The notes: generated from the letters alone by a model not told the origin. Positions 1-10,904 are shown, counted from the first letter of the stretch. The stretch is 64,000 nt of DNA from Bdellovibrionales bacterium (GCA_965261545.1 CBDHDF010000011.1:672001-736000), one strand, 5' to 3'. Program-made: numbers and translations.

Positions 1-67
1 TACTCGAACCTCCGAAGAGCCATGAGTCATGGAGAGGGCGCACTCCCCTCACCGATCTTCGTTACTA

Positions 68-691
68 CTACGGTATGAATTGGGAAAAATCAAAGTCAGG
101 TCTGCTAAAAACACATGCATTATTGTTGCTGTCGTCAATTGCACTCACACTGGGTACGATAAATTTTCCCGCAGCCGCCTCTGTGACCTCTAAAGGATTT
201 GAGATAATCCAAGTCCAATCCGTCGACGCTTGTCCTTGGTCTGTTGTTAAGCGTAAAGCTATTCTTTGTTCACTGTCAGCACAGGTGACAGTGGTGCCAT
301 CGGAAAGTGTATTACTAGGTGCTTGTGGATTTTCACAAACATCGTATTCCTGGTCTGTGTCTGCAGTGCAGCCTCCACTACTGGATGCTGTTTGAAATCT
401 AATATGATCAGACATTTCTATGACGACACAGGGGTATGTGCCTATGGGTATCCTGCCGACCCCTAAGTTGACAGCGCCATCGGCACTTATAAGATTGACG
501 GGGCTGGGATTGCTTCCATTATCGATAACAGAGGTAAGGTTCGAACAATCATCGTTTGTACTTACGGCAAAGCTATAAAGCCTTATGCTGAGCTCAGTGG
601 CATCAGCAGCTAGGGCTGAAGAAATGTGGAACCAAAAAGAAATGATTGGAATCGTGATTAAGAATAAGTATTTCATATGCGAGTACCTCAT
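68..691 (-). CDS. Hypothetical secreted cysteine-rich protein
   Basis: 207-aa ORF with signal-peptide-like N-terminus (MKYLFLITIPIISFWFHISSALA-A) and paired cysteines. True start may be the second Met (676). Confidence 0.7.
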   Translation of the reverse strand: MRYSHMKYLFLITIPIISFWFHISSALAADATELSIRLYSFAVSTNDDCSNLTSVIDNGSNPSPVNLISADGAVNLGVGRIPIGTYPCVVIEMSDHIRFQTASSSGGCTADTDQEYDVCENPQAPSNTLSDGTTVTCADSEQRIALRLTTDQGQASTDWTWIISNPLEVTEAAAGKFIVPSVSAIDDSNNNACVFSRPDFDFSQFIP

Positions 692-796
692 ACATGTTGT
701 TAGTAGTTGTTAGTTATTGAGTTGTTATCTTAATTGATTTTTTCATTGACCTCATTAATATGTTTTTAATTCAATGACTATAGATTATTGATAAAA

Positions 797-925
797 CTAA
801 ATCTCATCGTCCCCTTGGAGGGTAAAAGTCACAGTATTGTCATCAGTATTGTCATCATCATCTCCACAGCTGACACAAAAAACCAAGGCGATTGTAGAAA
901 TAAATAAAGCGATATATTTTTTCAT
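797..925 (-). CDS. Small lipoprotein (42 aa), not in the ORF track
   Basis: Manual translation MKKYIALFISTIALVFCVSCGDDDDNTDDNTVTFTLQGDDEI*. AAGGAG Shine-Dalgarno 5 nt before ATG; basic n-region, hydrophobic h-region, lipobox-like VSC followed by G. Confidence 0.7.
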   Translation of the reverse strand: MKKYIALFISTIALVFCVSCGDDDDNTDDNTVTFTLQGDDEI

Positions 926-1187
926 TTTTACTCCTTTTGTTGTTGTTTTGATTGTTTCATAATTTTATGTTTTGCACTTGCCTAGCAAGTCCCTGAATGA
1001 TTATATCGGGTGATATTTGTTAGATTCAAATAAATAATTTTCAAGAAGATAAAGTCTGGACTTATAGCTCGATAGCGGTTTAACCATACAGCATATAGCA
1101 CTGCCTTCCCCAGATTTCGCTTAAAAACCGTATTCCAACTTTTCATGCGAAGAGTTTTCGTGCGAAGGCAAGGCAATTGAAGATTGC

Positions 1188-2378
1188 TTGATGACCAAGG
1201 ATTATTTATATTCTCATCCTATGCGTGTGCTTCAAGTTTATAAAACGGCGTGGCCTGATTCTGTGGGTGGGGTAGAGCAAGTGATGGACCAATTGGCTTG
1301 CGGTGTTGAGCGTCATGGTGTGTTATCTAGCGTCTATGCATTGAGTGAGTCTGTGACTTCTTCAGAGCCAGTTTCTATCAATGGCTATGACCTCTATCGA
1401 GTGAAGCAAAGCTTTAATGTGGCCTCCATGGGTGTCTCTTTTGCATCTTTTTTAAGGTTCGCAGAGATAGCAAAGAGGTTTGATATCATTCACTACCACT
1501 TTCCGTGGCCCTTTATGGATATTTTGCATTTTGCATGTGGTATTAAAAAGCCAGCACTGGTGACATATCATTCCGACATCATACGGCAGAAAAAATGGCT
1601 TTTCCTATATGGGCCCTTGATGCACCATTTTCTCAGTCATATGCAAGCAATTGTGGCGACGTCCTCCAACTATAAGCACTCTAGTGCCATTTTGCAAAAG
1701 TACATAGATAAGGTGGATGTCATACCGATAGGTATAGACAAGAGCCTTTATCCTGCAGCCTCCGAGGCCAGGGTTCAAGGGTGGAAGCAAAAGCTGGGGG
1801 GGCGGTTTTTCCTGTTTATTGGCGTTATGCGTTACTACAAGGGTTTGCAATTTCTTCTCGAAGCCATGGCTCGTGCTCAGTCTCGAGAGGCCACCTTTCA
1901 AGTGGCTTTGGCTGGAGAAGGTCCCATGGAGCCCCAATTAAGAGTTCAGGTGAAGCGGTTGGGCCTTAAAAATGTTCACTTTCTTGGCCCTGTCTCAGGC
2001 GAGGATAAATCAGCTCTGCTCGAGGCTTGTTATGGCTATGTGTTTCCCTCCCATATGCGCTCAGAAGCTTTTGGAGTTTCTCTTTTGGAAGGGGCTATGT
2101 ATGGCAAACCACTTATTTCCTGTGAAATAGGCACGGGGACCACCTATATTAATATTCATGGTCAGACGGGTCTTGTCGTACCACCCCAAGACTCCATGGC
2201 TCTGGACCAAGCCATGCAATATCTCATTGACAACTTCAAAAAATCAGATGCAATGGGGAAACATGCTGAAAGAAGGTATTGGCAGCTTTTTACTGGAGAT
2301 CAGCAGGCAGCCAGTTATGTGAAGCTCTACAGGCGCCTTTTTTCTAAAAAAGATGAGTATTTACCAAAAGGCCATTGA
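1188..2378 (+). CDS. Glycosyltransferase family 4 (GT-B; LPS/O-antigen mannosyltransferase-like)
   Basis: MRVLQVYKT...GGVEQ N-terminus, HYHFPWP, YYKGL, and E-x7-E motif (EAFGVSLLE). True start probably 1221. Confidence 0.9.
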   Translation: MMTKDYLYSHPMRVLQVYKTAWPDSVGGVEQVMDQLACGVERHGVLSSVYALSESVTSSEPVSINGYDLYRVKQSFNVASMGVSFASFLRFAEIAKRFDIIHYHFPWPFMDILHFACGIKKPALVTYHSDIIRQKKWLFLYGPLMHHFLSHMQAIVATSSNYKHSSAILQKYIDKVDVIPIGIDKSLYPAASEARVQGWKQKLGGRFFLFIGVMRYYKGLQFLLEAMARAQSREATFQVALAGEGPMEPQLRVQVKRLGLKNVHFLGPVSGEDKSALLEACYGYVFPSHMRSEAFGVSLLEGAMYGKPLISCEIGTGTTYINIHGQTGLVVPPQDSMALDQAMQYLIDNFKKSDAMGKHAERRYWQLFTGDQQAASYVKLYRRLFSKKDEYLPKGH

Positions 2379-2404
2379 CAAAACACCTAAATAGAGAACA
2401 TAGT
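2375..2404 (+). promoter_or_regulatory. Putative sigma70 promoter of the S10 operon
   Basis: TTGACA (2375-2380), 18 bp, CATAGT (2399-2404), about 280 bp upstream of rpsJ. Confidence 0.45.
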
Positions 2405-2686
2405 CGTCTTTTCTGTGCCTTAGCTATTTCTTGGGCAAGAGGGCCTTCAGTCCTTCCTTTTTTGGGTTTCCTTCCTTATCTGGTTCATATTCAAGGGGGG
2501 CTAAATTTTGGATACTGAGGTTTGTCAAACTCATGGGAAAGTGGGTTGTTGCGCTTAAAATAAATAAAGTTATGGAACTGAAGATATAGTGAGTAAATCT
2601 GAAGACATAGTGACATAGTTATAGAGACGTAGGTTCAAGACACATAAGTTCATAAGTCATTTATATTAAGTGAAGTAGGTGAAACA

Positions 2687-3010
2687 ATGCAAAGCCAGAA
2701 AATTCGCATTCGCTTGAAGGCTTTCGACCACAAGCTGCTCGATCAATCCACTCGGGAGATTGTTGATACAGCTCGTAGGACCGGGGCCTCTGTTGCTGGA
2801 CCCATTCCGCTACCCACCCGGGTGAATCGCTACACTGTGCTGCGCTCTCCTCATGTGAATAAAAAATCCCGTGAGCAATTTGAAATTAGAACTCACAAGC
2901 GTTTGTTGGATATTTTAGAGCCAACTCAGCAAACCATTGACCAACTTATGAAGCTTGATTTGTCGGCAGGGGTCGACGTGGAAATCAAACTATCCGCAGT
3001 AGGTACTTAA
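2687..3010 (+). CDS. rpsJ: 30S ribosomal protein S10
   Basis: [33 protein letters not shown]. Confidence 0.99.
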   Translation: MQSQKIRIRLKAFDHKLLDQSTREIVDTARRTGASVAGPIPLPTRVNRYTVLRSPHVNKKSREQFEIRTHKRLLDILEPTQQTIDQLMKLDLSAGVDVEIKLSAVGT

Positions 3011-3052
3011 AGCTGGAAAATCCAGGTTGAAAAAGAGAGAAGAGAGAAAAAC

Positions 3053-3763
3053 ATGAGTGAGGAAATAAAAAAACAACCGCTTGAGTCTTCAGATGCTCCA
3101 GGTGCTTCCAAAGAGGTGAAACCTCCAGCCAACCAAGAAATAAAATTAAATGGTCTTTACCTTATTAAAAAGGGGATGTCTTTTGTTTACAGTGACACAG
3201 GCAAAGCAATTCCTGTAACAGTTTTGGAGTATAAGCTCAGTGTGGTTTCTCAAATTAAGGATCATGTAAAAGATGGATATCAAGCCGTGCAAATAGCTTG
3301 TATGCCTAGGAGAGCTGCCACGGAGGCGGAAAAAGGCCACCTCAAAGCCTCTGGGATGGAGAATGGAGCCCGTGTGATTAAGGAAATTCGTCAGCCTCTT
3401 CCCGAGGGAATTTGTGTGGGACAAAGGGTTCTTATCAAGAGTTTATCCAAGGGAGATCAAATCAGTATCATGGGTTACTCTAAGGGGCGTGGCTTTTCTG
3501 GAACTTTGAAACGCTGGGGTTTTGGTGGAGGTCCAGCCTCCCATGGGTCCGGTTTTCATCGTCGTCCAGGCTCCATAGGTAACTGTGCGGATCCCGGTCG
3601 CGTGATGCCCGGTCACAAGATGGCTGGTCAATTTGGTGTTGAGAGAGTCACTATTCCTCGCACAAGTGTGGTGGATGTGCTTCTTGAGGAAAGCGTGGTT
3701 CTTGTGAAGGGTCCTGTACCGGGAGCGATGAATTCTCTCATTCAGGTCATGAAGGTATCGTGA
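3053..3763 (+). CDS. rplC: 50S ribosomal protein L3 (N-terminal extension)
   Basis: KKGMS, DGYQAVQI, SKGRGFSG..KRWGFGGGPASHGS..HRRPGSIG; operon position. Confidence 0.98.
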   Translation: MSEEIKKQPLESSDAPGASKEVKPPANQEIKLNGLYLIKKGMSFVYSDTGKAIPVTVLEYKLSVVSQIKDHVKDGYQAVQIACMPRRAATEAEKGHLKASGMENGARVIKEIRQPLPEGICVGQRVLIKSLSKGDQISIMGYSKGRGFSGTLKRWGFGGGPASHGSGFHRRPGSIGNCADPGRVMPGHKMAGQFGVERVTIPRTSVVDVLLEESVVLVKGPVPGAMNSLIQVMKVS

Positions 3764-4395
3764 TGGTAACTATGGAAGTGGTTGATTGGAATAAGCAAAA
3801 AGTGAGCAGTGTCGAATTGCAAAGCAAGATTTTTGATGTGGAGGTTCGCAAAGATATCCTGCATACTGTTGTTAGGTGGCAGCTTGCTTGTCGAAGAAGT
3901 GGAAACCACCAGGCAAAAACTCGCGCCATGGTCAGTGGGGGAGGCTCCAAACCCTTTAAGCAAAAGGGCACAGGGAATGCTCGTCAGGGTTCTTCTCGTT
4001 CTCCATTGCTTGAAGGTGGTGGAGTGATCTTCGCCCCTCAACCTCGGGATTATTCCTACACAGTGCCTAAAAAACAAAAGCGCAAAGCCCTTTGCTCGGC
4101 CCTTTCCTACTTAAAAGGAGAGGGGAGACTTTTTGTTATTGACCAATTGGATTCCCCCGATGGAAAAACAAAAATTTTAGCCAGTTGCCTTCACTCCCTG
4201 GGAGTCAAACAAGCCCTATTTATTGACAAAGAGGTGAACCCGTTGTTTCAAAGAGCGATACGTAATATACCTAGGGTTCGTTACAATAATGTGGAGGGTG
4301 TGAATGTTTATGATCTCCTCAAGTACAATTGTCTTGTTTTAACTCCAAAAGCTGTGAAGGCTCTGGAGTGTCGTTGTTTAGGGGAGAGTGACTAA
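3760..4395 (+). CDS. rplD: 50S ribosomal protein L4
   Basis: KTRAMVSGGGSKPFKQKGTGNARQGSSRSP. Confidence 0.98.
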   Translation: MMVTMEVVDWNKQKVSSVELQSKIFDVEVRKDILHTVVRWQLACRRSGNHQAKTRAMVSGGGSKPFKQKGTGNARQGSSRSPLLEGGGVIFAPQPRDYSYTVPKKQKRKALCSALSYLKGEGRLFVIDQLDSPDGKTKILASCLHSLGVKQALFIDKEVNPLFQRAIRNIPRVRYNNVEGVNVYDLLKYNCLVLTPKAVKALECRCLGESD

Positions 4396-4678
4396 GATGC
4401 ATAAAGCCTGTTATGTGATAAAACGACCTTTAGTCAGTGACAAGACCCGGGGCATACAAGGAGTTTATGTTTTTGAAGTGGATCGCAATGCCACAAAGGT
4501 AGATGTTAGAAATGCCGTGGAAAAGTATTTTAGAGTGAAAGTAGGGTCCGTTCGTACCTTGGTTTGTCGAGGGCGCTCCAAGAAGACACGAGTGGGGCTT
4601 GGCCCTGTGCGCTATTGGAAAAAGGCCATTGTTAAGCTGGCACCCGGCCAGAAAATTTCAACTTTTGAGGGAACTTAG
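4388..4678 (+). CDS. rplW: 50S ribosomal protein L23
   Basis: IKRPLVSDK, YVFEVDRNATK, WKKAIVKL. Confidence 0.97.
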   Translation: MTKMHKACYVIKRPLVSDKTRGIQGVYVFEVDRNATKVDVRNAVEKYFRVKVGSVRTLVCRGRSKKTRVGLGPVRYWKKAIVKLAPGQKISTFEGT

Positions 4679-4715
4679 ATTTTTGAGAGACGTGGATTTT
4701 TGAGGGAGATTTCTT

Positions 4716-5549
4716 GTGGGTATTAAAGTTTTAAAACCGAGAACAAACGGTCTTCGTAATATGACGGCCTTTGACTTTAAGGAGTTGACTAAATCGACTC
4801 CAGAAAAATCACTCACTGAGGCTAAGCATAAAACTGGAGGTCGCAACAACCGAGGGCGAATCACTATGCGCCATATCGGAGGAGGGCATAAGCGGCACTA
4901 TCGTATTATTGATTTCAAACGCAAGAAAATGGAAATACCAGCTGTTGTTAAATCCATTGAATACGACCCCAACCGCACCTGTCGCATTGCCCTCATCTGT
5001 TATGAAAATGGTGAAAAAAGTTACATACTCTGCCCTGTGGGTTTAAGCGTGGGTGACCATGTTGTTTCCAGTGGATCCGCAGATATTAAACCGGGGAACT
5101 GTCTTCCCCTAAACTCTATTCCCACGGGCACAACTATTCACAATGTTGAAATGAGGCCAGGCAAGGGAGGGCAAATGGCTCGTGGAGCTGGTGTGGGTGC
5201 AACCCTTGTGGCCAAGCTTGGTATATATTGTCAAGTCAAGCTCCCCTCTGGGGAAGTACGGCAAGTCCTTTCTACTTGCAAGGCCAGCATTGGCCAAGTT
5301 GGCAACACAGAGCATGAAAATCTCAATGTGGGCAAGGCGGGGCGCACTCGTTGGAAAGGTCGTCGCCCCAAAGTTCGAGGAATGGCTATGAACCCCATTG
5401 ACCACCCCTTGGGTGGTGGCGAGGGTGTGGGCAAGGGAAATCATCCAATGACCCCTTGGGGTAAGCCATGTAAGGGGCATAAGACTCGCAATAACAAACG
5501 CACAGATAATATGATTGTGAAACGGCGTCGTAAAAAGAAAGAAAGTTAG
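4716..5549 (+). CDS. rplB: 50S ribosomal protein L2
   Basis: [38 protein letters not shown]. Confidence 0.99.
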   Translation: MGIKVLKPRTNGLRNMTAFDFKELTKSTPEKSLTEAKHKTGGRNNRGRITMRHIGGGHKRHYRIIDFKRKKMEIPAVVKSIEYDPNRTCRIALICYENGEKSYILCPVGLSVGDHVVSSGSADIKPGNCLPLNSIPTGTTIHNVEMRPGKGGQMARGAGVGATLVAKLGIYCQVKLPSGEVRQVLSTCKASIGQVGNTEHENLNVGKAGRTRWKGRRPKVRGMAMNPIDHPLGGGEGVGKGNHPMTPWGKPCKGHKTRNNKRTDNMIVKRRRKKKES

Positions 5550-5558
5550 GAGTAGAGC

Positions 5559-5828
5559 GTGGCTCGATCGGTAAAAAAGGGTCCTTATATGGACCATCAT
5601 CTCATGAATAAAATTACAAAGGCCCAAAATACAGGGGATAAGAAGGTCATTAAAACTTGGTCGCGTCGTTCGACCATCACTCCAGAGGCCGTGGGGTTAA
5701 CAGTTGCGGTTCATAATGGTAAGAAGTTTGTTCCCATCTATGTCACTGAGAATATGATTGGTCATAAATACGGTGAATTTTCCATGACTCGTCAATTTAG
5801 TAGTCATTCTGGTGATAAGAAAAAATAA
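5559..5828 (+). CDS. rpsS: 30S ribosomal protein S19
   Basis: [26 protein letters not shown]. Confidence 0.99.
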   Translation: MARSVKKGPYMDHHLMNKITKAQNTGDKKVIKTWSRRSTITPEAVGLTVAVHNGKKFVPIYVTENMIGHKYGEFSMTRQFSSHSGDKKK

Positions 5829-5842
5829 AAAGGTGTTGTGAT

Positions 5843-6178
5843 ATGGAAGTCAAAGCTAAATTGCGTTACGCTCGAATTGGAACTATGAAGGCTCGACTGG
5901 TGGCCGACCTTGTTCGTGGCAAGGATATCAACACAGCCATAAACCTTCTCACTTTTATGAAGCCCAAGGCAGCTCTTATGATTAAAAAGCTTCTTGAGTC
6001 GGCGGTGTCCAATGCAACTTACAAAGAGGTTATTGATGCGGACAACCTTTATGTCAAAAAAATCACAGTGGACCAAGGCCCTGCGATCAAGCGTTTTATG
6101 CCTCGAGCTCAAGGGCGAGCCTTTAAAATTAATAAAAAACAAAGTCATATTAGTGTGATTTTAGATGATGAAAGGTAG
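5843..6178 (+). CDS. rplV: 50S ribosomal protein L22
   Basis: [23 protein letters not shown]. Confidence 0.98.
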   Translation: MEVKAKLRYARIGTMKARLVADLVRGKDINTAINLLTFMKPKAALMIKKLLESAVSNATYKEVIDADNLYVKKITVDQGPAIKRFMPRAQGRAFKINKKQSHISVILDDER

Positions 6179-6186
6179 GATTTGAA

Positions 6187-6852
6187 GTGGGACAGAAAGT
6201 CAACCCGATCGGGTTAAGAGTGGGAGTGATTCGATCTTGGGACTCTCGGTGGTTTGCCAAGGGGCCCAAATACATTGAGAATCTCCACGAGGATTTGCGC
6301 TTGCGCAAGTATATCAAAAATAAGCTAAAGCATGCGGGTGTGGCTAAGATTGAAATGGAAAGGGCGGCCCAAAAGCTCAAGATTATTATTTCAACAGCTC
6401 GTCCAGGTATTGTTATTGGTAAAAAGGGGACGGGAATTGATGCTTTAAAAACAGATATTCAAAAGGAAACTCCCAATGAGGTTTTCTTGACGATTCAAGA
6501 AGTTCGGAAGCCTGATTTGGATGCCCAACTTGTGGCTGAGAATATTGCTCTCCAGTTAGAAAAGCGTATTTCCTGGAGAAGAGTTTTAAAAAAGGCTATG
6601 GCGGCTTCTGTGAGAAGTGGTGTTCGTGGAATTAAAGTCATGGTCAGTGGTCGCCTTGACGGTGCGGAGATTGCTCGGACAGAATGGTACAATGAAAAAA
6701 GTGTCCCTTTGCACACGCTTCGTGCCGATATTGACTATGGAACAGCAGAGGCATTGACAACTTACGGAATTATTGGAGTGAAGACTTGGATTTATCGTGG
6801 AGATGTCCTTTCGACAAAAGAACTTCAGGAGGCCAACCGTGTTAAGTCCTAA
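6187..6852 (+). CDS. rpsC: 30S ribosomal protein S3
   Basis: [33 protein letters not shown]. Confidence 0.99.
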   Translation: MGQKVNPIGLRVGVIRSWDSRWFAKGPKYIENLHEDLRLRKYIKNKLKHAGVAKIEMERAAQKLKIIISTARPGIVIGKKGTGIDALKTDIQKETPNEVFLTIQEVRKPDLDAQLVAENIALQLEKRISWRRVLKKAMAASVRSGVRGIKVMVSGRLDGAEIARTEWYNEKSVPLHTLRADIDYGTAEALTTYGIIGVKTWIYRGDVLSTKELQEANRVKS

Positions 6853-7246
6853 GAGAGTCAAGTGGCGGCGGCAACATCGTGGCACTTACGGTGGCTTTGC
6901 TTACCGTGGCTCCAGTCTTAGTTTTGGTGATTATGCTCTTGCGGTAACTCAAGCGGGGCGTATTACATCTCGCCAAATTGAATCCAGTCGTATTGCCATC
7001 AGCCGATCGGTCAAGCGTGGTGGAAATATATGGATAAGAATTTTCCCGGATCTTCCCATTACAAAAAAACCTGCGGAAGTTCGTATGGGTAAAGGAAAGG
7101 GAAGCCCTGAGTTGTGGGTGGCTAAGGTGAAACCTGGTCGCATTATTTTTGAAATGAACGGAGTGACTCGAGAGCAGGCTGAAACAGCTTTTCGTCTTGC
7201 TGCTCACAAGCTACCCCTTAAGACTCACTTTTTGGCGCGTAGTTAA
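6839..7246 (+). CDS. rplP: 50S ribosomal protein L16
   Basis: GTG start after CAGGAGG gives [28 protein letters not shown]. Confidence 0.98.
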   Translation: MLSPKRVKWRRQHRGTYGGFAYRGSSLSFGDYALAVTQAGRITSRQIESSRIAISRSVKRGGNIWIRIFPDLPITKKPAEVRMGKGKGSPELWVAKVKPGRIIFEMNGVTREQAETAFRLAAHKLPLKTHFLARS

Positions 7247-7279
7247 GTAAGAATAAATTAAAAGGGAAGGTACAAAATA

Positions 7280-7510
7280 ATGAAATTTACAGAAATTCAA
7301 GGCTTAGACTCTGAAGAGTTAAAAAAGAGGTTATTGGCGTCTAGGGAGGATTATTTTCAATCCAAAATGGTGCATGCCTTTGGGCAACTTTCTAACTCCA
7401 ATCATCTTCGACAAGTTCGGCGGAATATTGCGAGAATTGAAACAGCTTTAACAGCCTTAAGAGCTAAGGGCGACTCTTCTCCCTCGCCTTCTACAGAGAG
7501 GTTACAATGA
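7280..7510 (+). CDS. rpmC: 50S ribosomal protein L29
   Basis: GQLSNSNHLRQVRRNIARIET; operon position. Confidence 0.96.
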   Translation: MKFTEIQGLDSEELKKRLLASREDYFQSKMVHAFGQLSNSNHLRQVRRNIARIETALTALRAKGDSSPSPSTERLQ

Positions 7511-7863
7511 GTGAAATTGAAGTTGTGTCAGGGGGGGCTTCACCCCCAGTAGAAGGCTCCTCATCCCCATGTTTCCCCTCGAAGGGGATGGTTAAGGTGA
7601 GAGGTCGTATGAATGAGGTTGTCGGAGAAGTGACTTCCGACAAAATGGATAAGACCATTTCTGTTTTGATCTATCGTTTGGTCAAGCACAAGCGTTATGG
7701 AAAGTTTATCCGTCGAACCTCTGTCTTCAAGGCCCACGATGAGTGCAATACAGCCAAAGTGGGGGATCGTGTGAAGATTTATGAAGTGCGTCCCATGAGT
7801 CGAACCAAGCGGTGGAAGCTTCGAGAGATTGTAAGCCGTGCTGAAAAGGAAACATCAATATGA
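7507..7863 (+). CDS. rpsQ: 30S ribosomal protein S17 (N-terminal extension)
   Basis: [33 protein letters not shown]. Confidence 0.97.
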   Translation: MSEIEVVSGGASPPVEGSSSPCFPSKGMVKVRGRMNEVVGEVTSDKMDKTISVLIYRLVKHKRYGKFIRRTSVFKAHDECNTAKVGDRVKIYEVRPMSRTKRWKLREIVSRAEKETSI

Positions 7864-8228
7864 TTCAGATGCAATCGTGGTTGAAAGTGGCCGACAACTC
7901 AGGTGCTCGTGAGGTTCAGTGTATTAAGGTTTTAGGTGGTAGTCAGCGTCGCTCAGCTTTTGTGGGTGATATTATTGTTGTTTCTATCAAGGAGGCACTT
8001 CCTAAGTCGAAAGTTAAAAAGGGAGACGTGGCCAAAGCTGTGATTGTTCGCACTATTCACAAGATTCGTCGTCCCGATGGAAGTTATGTGCGCTTTGATG
8101 ACAACTCGGCGGTCCTTATCAACGCCTCTAAAGAGCCCATTGGAACACGCATTTTTGGGCCTGTGGCCAGAGAGTTAAGGGCTAAGAAATTTATTAAGAT
8201 CATATCTTTGGCACCAGAAGTTCTGTAG
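7860..8228 (+). CDS. rplN: 50S ribosomal protein L14
   Basis: [35 protein letters not shown]. Confidence 0.99.
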   Translation: MIQMQSWLKVADNSGAREVQCIKVLGGSQRRSAFVGDIIVVSIKEALPKSKVKKGDVAKAVIVRTIHKIRRPDGSYVRFDDNSAVLINASKEPIGTRIFGPVARELRAKKFIKIISLAPEVL

Positions 8229-8267
8229 TGAGCTAAGAGTAAAGAAGTTAGGGGTAGAGGAGTCCAA

Positions 8268-8807
8268 GTGAGTTCGTTGCAAGAGAAGTATAAAACAGAA
8301 GCTGTTTCCGTTTTGATGAAGCAGTTGGGAACCAAAAATGTCATGGAGGTTCCCAAGCTTCAAAAAGTGGTTTTGAACGTATGTATCAGTGAGGCTGTTA
8401 AAAATCCAAAGATACTCAATGTGGCGGTGGAGGAACTCACGGCCATCACAGGACAAAAGGCACAGATCACAAAAGCTAAAAAGGCCATTGCTAACTTTAA
8501 ATTGCGTGAGGGAATGCCCTTGGGGGCTGCAGTGACTTTGAGAAGACAAAAAATGTACACTTTTCTCGAAAAGCTCATCCACTTTTCTATTCCTCGTGTC
8601 AGTGACTTTAGGGGGCTTTCTCCCAAGGGCTTTGATGGTCGTGGAAATTACAATATGGGTTTGAAGGAGCAAATTGTTTTTCCCGAAATCAGCTATGATA
8701 AGGTTGATAAGGTGCGGGGATTGAATATCACTATTTGCACATCCAGTTCCACCGATGCAGGCGGAAAGGCTTTACTAGAGGCTATAGGTATGCCTTTCAA
8801 AAAGTAG
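8268..8807 (+). CDS. rplE: 50S ribosomal protein L5
   Basis: [33 protein letters not shown]. Confidence 0.99.
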   Translation: MSSLQEKYKTEAVSVLMKQLGTKNVMEVPKLQKVVLNVCISEAVKNPKILNVAVEELTAITGQKAQITKAKKAIANFKLREGMPLGAAVTLRRQKMYTFLEKLIHFSIPRVSDFRGLSPKGFDGRGNYNMGLKEQIVFPEISYDKVDKVRGLNITICTSSSTDAGGKALLEAIGMPFKK

Positions 8808-8892
8808 AAGAAAGCAGGGTGAAGTAAAGCAATCCGAGCACGTAAGAGAAAACAGGCAAAGCCAAGACATAGTAGAAACACTTAGGAGATAT

Positions 8893-9282
8893 ATGGATAC
8901 GATTGGGGACTTTTTAACGAGAATGAGAAATGCAGGTATGGCGAAGCATGACAAAGTGGATGTACCATGTTCAAATATGCGTGTGGGTATTGCAAAAGTA
9001 CTCCAAGATGCCGGTTATATTCGACAATATAAGGCAGCTAAAGACGATAAGCAGGGTGTTATGCGTGTGTATCTTCGTTATGATCAAAAGGGTCGTCATG
9101 TCATTACCGAAGTTAGTCGTGTCAGTCGCCCAGGGAAGAGAGTTTATGTGGGGGCCAACGATATTCCAAAGGTTCGCTCAGGTTACGGTATAGCTATTTT
9201 AAGTACCAATAAAGGTGTTATAAGTGGTGAGCAAGCGGTGAAAGAAAATGTAGGCGGTGAAGTTCTATGTCGAGTTTGGTAG
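8893..9282 (+). CDS. rpsH: 30S ribosomal protein S8
   Basis: DTIGDFLTRMRNA, RVSRPGKRVY, GIAILSTNKG, GGEVLC. Confidence 0.99.
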   Translation: MDTIGDFLTRMRNAGMAKHDKVDVPCSNMRVGIAKVLQDAGYIRQYKAAKDDKQGVMRVYLRYDQKGRHVITEVSRVSRPGKRVYVGANDIPKVRSGYGIAILSTNKGVISGEQAVKENVGGEVLCRVW

Positions 9283-9289
9283 GTCAATA

Positions 9290-9835
9290 ATGTCGCGTAT
9301 TGGAAGAGCAACAATATTTTTTGAAAAGGATGTCAACGTCACAATAGATGGAGACAATATCGTTACAGTGAAGTCTGGTAAGCACACCCAGATGGTTCGG
9401 GTGAAACCAGAGATTAAGGTGGAAGTGGGTGAGGGACAAGTGAACTTGACTCGCTCCAATGATGATCCTCATATTCGCGCCTTTCACGGTCTCTACAGGG
9501 CCCTTATTCAAAATGCTGTGACGGGTGTATCCAAGGGTTGGTCCAAGGAGCTTGAGCTTAACGGAGTGGGTTATCGTGCTTCTGTAAAGGGTCGAATTCT
9601 AGAGTTGAACTTAGGGTATAGCCATCCTATTTCCTATGATATTCCCTTGGGGATTGATGTGAAAGTGGAGAAAAACACCAAAGTTGTGATTGGGGGTCCC
9701 AGCCGCCAACTTGTGGGTCAAGTGGCTGCTACGATTCGAGGTTTTCGTCCTCCGGAGCCCTTTCTTGGCAAGGGAGTGAAGTACAGTGATGAACACATTC
9801 GACGTAAAGCTGGTAAATCAGCCGTAAAATCATAA
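9290..9835 (+). CDS. rplF: 50S ribosomal protein L6
   Basis: MSRIGR, GVGYRA, LGYSHP, RPPEPFLGKG, RRKAGK. Confidence 0.98.
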   Translation: MSRIGRATIFFEKDVNVTIDGDNIVTVKSGKHTQMVRVKPEIKVEVGEGQVNLTRSNDDPHIRAFHGLYRALIQNAVTGVSKGWSKELELNGVGYRASVKGRILELNLGYSHPISYDIPLGIDVKVEKNTKVVIGGPSRQLVGQVAATIRGFRPPEPFLGKGVKYSDEHIRRKAGKSAVKS

Positions 9836-9875
9836 AGTGGGAGATTGAAGTTATAAATCGGAATTGGAGTTTAAA

Positions 9876-10253
9876 ATGAGATTAAAATTTAGTAAGCAAG
9901 CCAGCTTGCGATTAAAGAGTCGGCTAAAAAATAAGGTTCGTGTGCGAAAGAAGATCGCTGGTACAGCGCAAAGACCTCGTCTCGCTGTTTTTAGGAGTTG
10001 TCGACATATCTACGCTCAGTTGGTGGTGGACACAGAGGCCAAAGTGCTAACTTCGGCATCGACTCTTGAGAAAAATGTCCCCACAGGTTCGAGCAGTTCT
10101 GTGGATGCTGCCAAGTGGGTGGGACAAGAACTTGGTAAAAGAGCCCAGGAGAAGAGCATTAAGAATATTGTTTTTGATCGCAGCGGTTATGTTTTTCACG
10201 GTCGAGTGAAAGCTGTGGCCGAAGGAGCGCGTGAGTCAGGTTTAAATTTTTAA
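9876..10253 (+). CDS. rplR: 50S ribosomal protein L18
   Basis: RPRLAVFRS, VFDRSGYVFHGRVKAVAEGARE. Confidence 0.98.
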   Translation: MRLKFSKQASLRLKSRLKNKVRVRKKIAGTAQRPRLAVFRSCRHIYAQLVVDTEAKVLTSASTLEKNVPTGSSSSVDAAKWVGQELGKRAQEKSIKNIVFDRSGYVFHGRVKAVAEGARESGLNF

Positions 10254-10400
10254 GTTTGTGGAAGCATGAGTTTGTAGAGTTAAATTTGCAGAGTTAGAAA
10301 AAAAAGATATAGCCTCCCGTGAGCCTCCGTGGAGGTATAAGTTCACAGAGGTGCTAAATCCATCTCTCCCGTGAAGGCACCTAGGCATTAGGAGAAGTCA

Positions 10401-10868
10401 GTGGAAAAAAAGCAAGAAGAAGTTCAAGAGAGAGTTGTTGCTATCAATCGAGTGGCTAAAGTGGTTAAGGGAGGGCGTCGCTTTTCTTTTTCCGCTCTTG
10501 TTGTTGTTGGAAGTGGCTTGGGAGAGGTTGGCTTTGGATCAGGTAAAGCAGGTGAAGTGCCAGAGGCCATTAACAAGGCCAGTCGTATTGCTAAAAAGTC
10601 CATGCGCAAATTTTTATTAAAAGAGGGGCGAACGATTCCCCATGAGGTGGTTGGTAAATTTGGAGCGGCCCGTGTGATTTTGATTCCTGCGGCCCCCGGG
10701 ACAGGGGTCATTGCTGGGGGGCCTGTGCGTGCTGTTTTGGAAAGTGCGGGGGTGAAAGATATTCTTACCAAGTGTGTGGGCACTCGGAATCCCCACAGCG
10801 CTGTGAGGGCGACTCTTGAGGGGCTAGGACAACTTGTTGACTCTCGTCCTTCAAAGTTTGAGGGTTAA
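10401..10868 (+). CDS. rpsE: 30S ribosomal protein S5
   Basis: [32 protein letters not shown]. Confidence 0.99.
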   Translation: MEKKQEEVQERVVAINRVAKVVKGGRRFSFSALVVVGSGLGEVGFGSGKAGEVPEAINKASRIAKKSMRKFLLKEGRTIPHEVVGKFGAARVILIPAAPGTGVIAGGPVRAVLESAGVKDILTKCVGTRNPHSAVRATLEGLGQLVDSRPSKFEG

Positions 10869-10872
10869 GACC

Positions 10873-10904
10873 AAAGAACTAAAGAACCAAAGAACTAAAG
10901 AACT
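10873..10904. repeat. Intergenic tandem repeat (AAAGAACY)x4
   Basis: aaagaact aaagaacc aaagaact aaagaact between rpsE and rpmD. Confidence 0.85.

Noticed and set aside
1..8. TACTCGA as a group II intron 3' end
   Set aside because: Seven bases at the window edge; cannot be evaluated.
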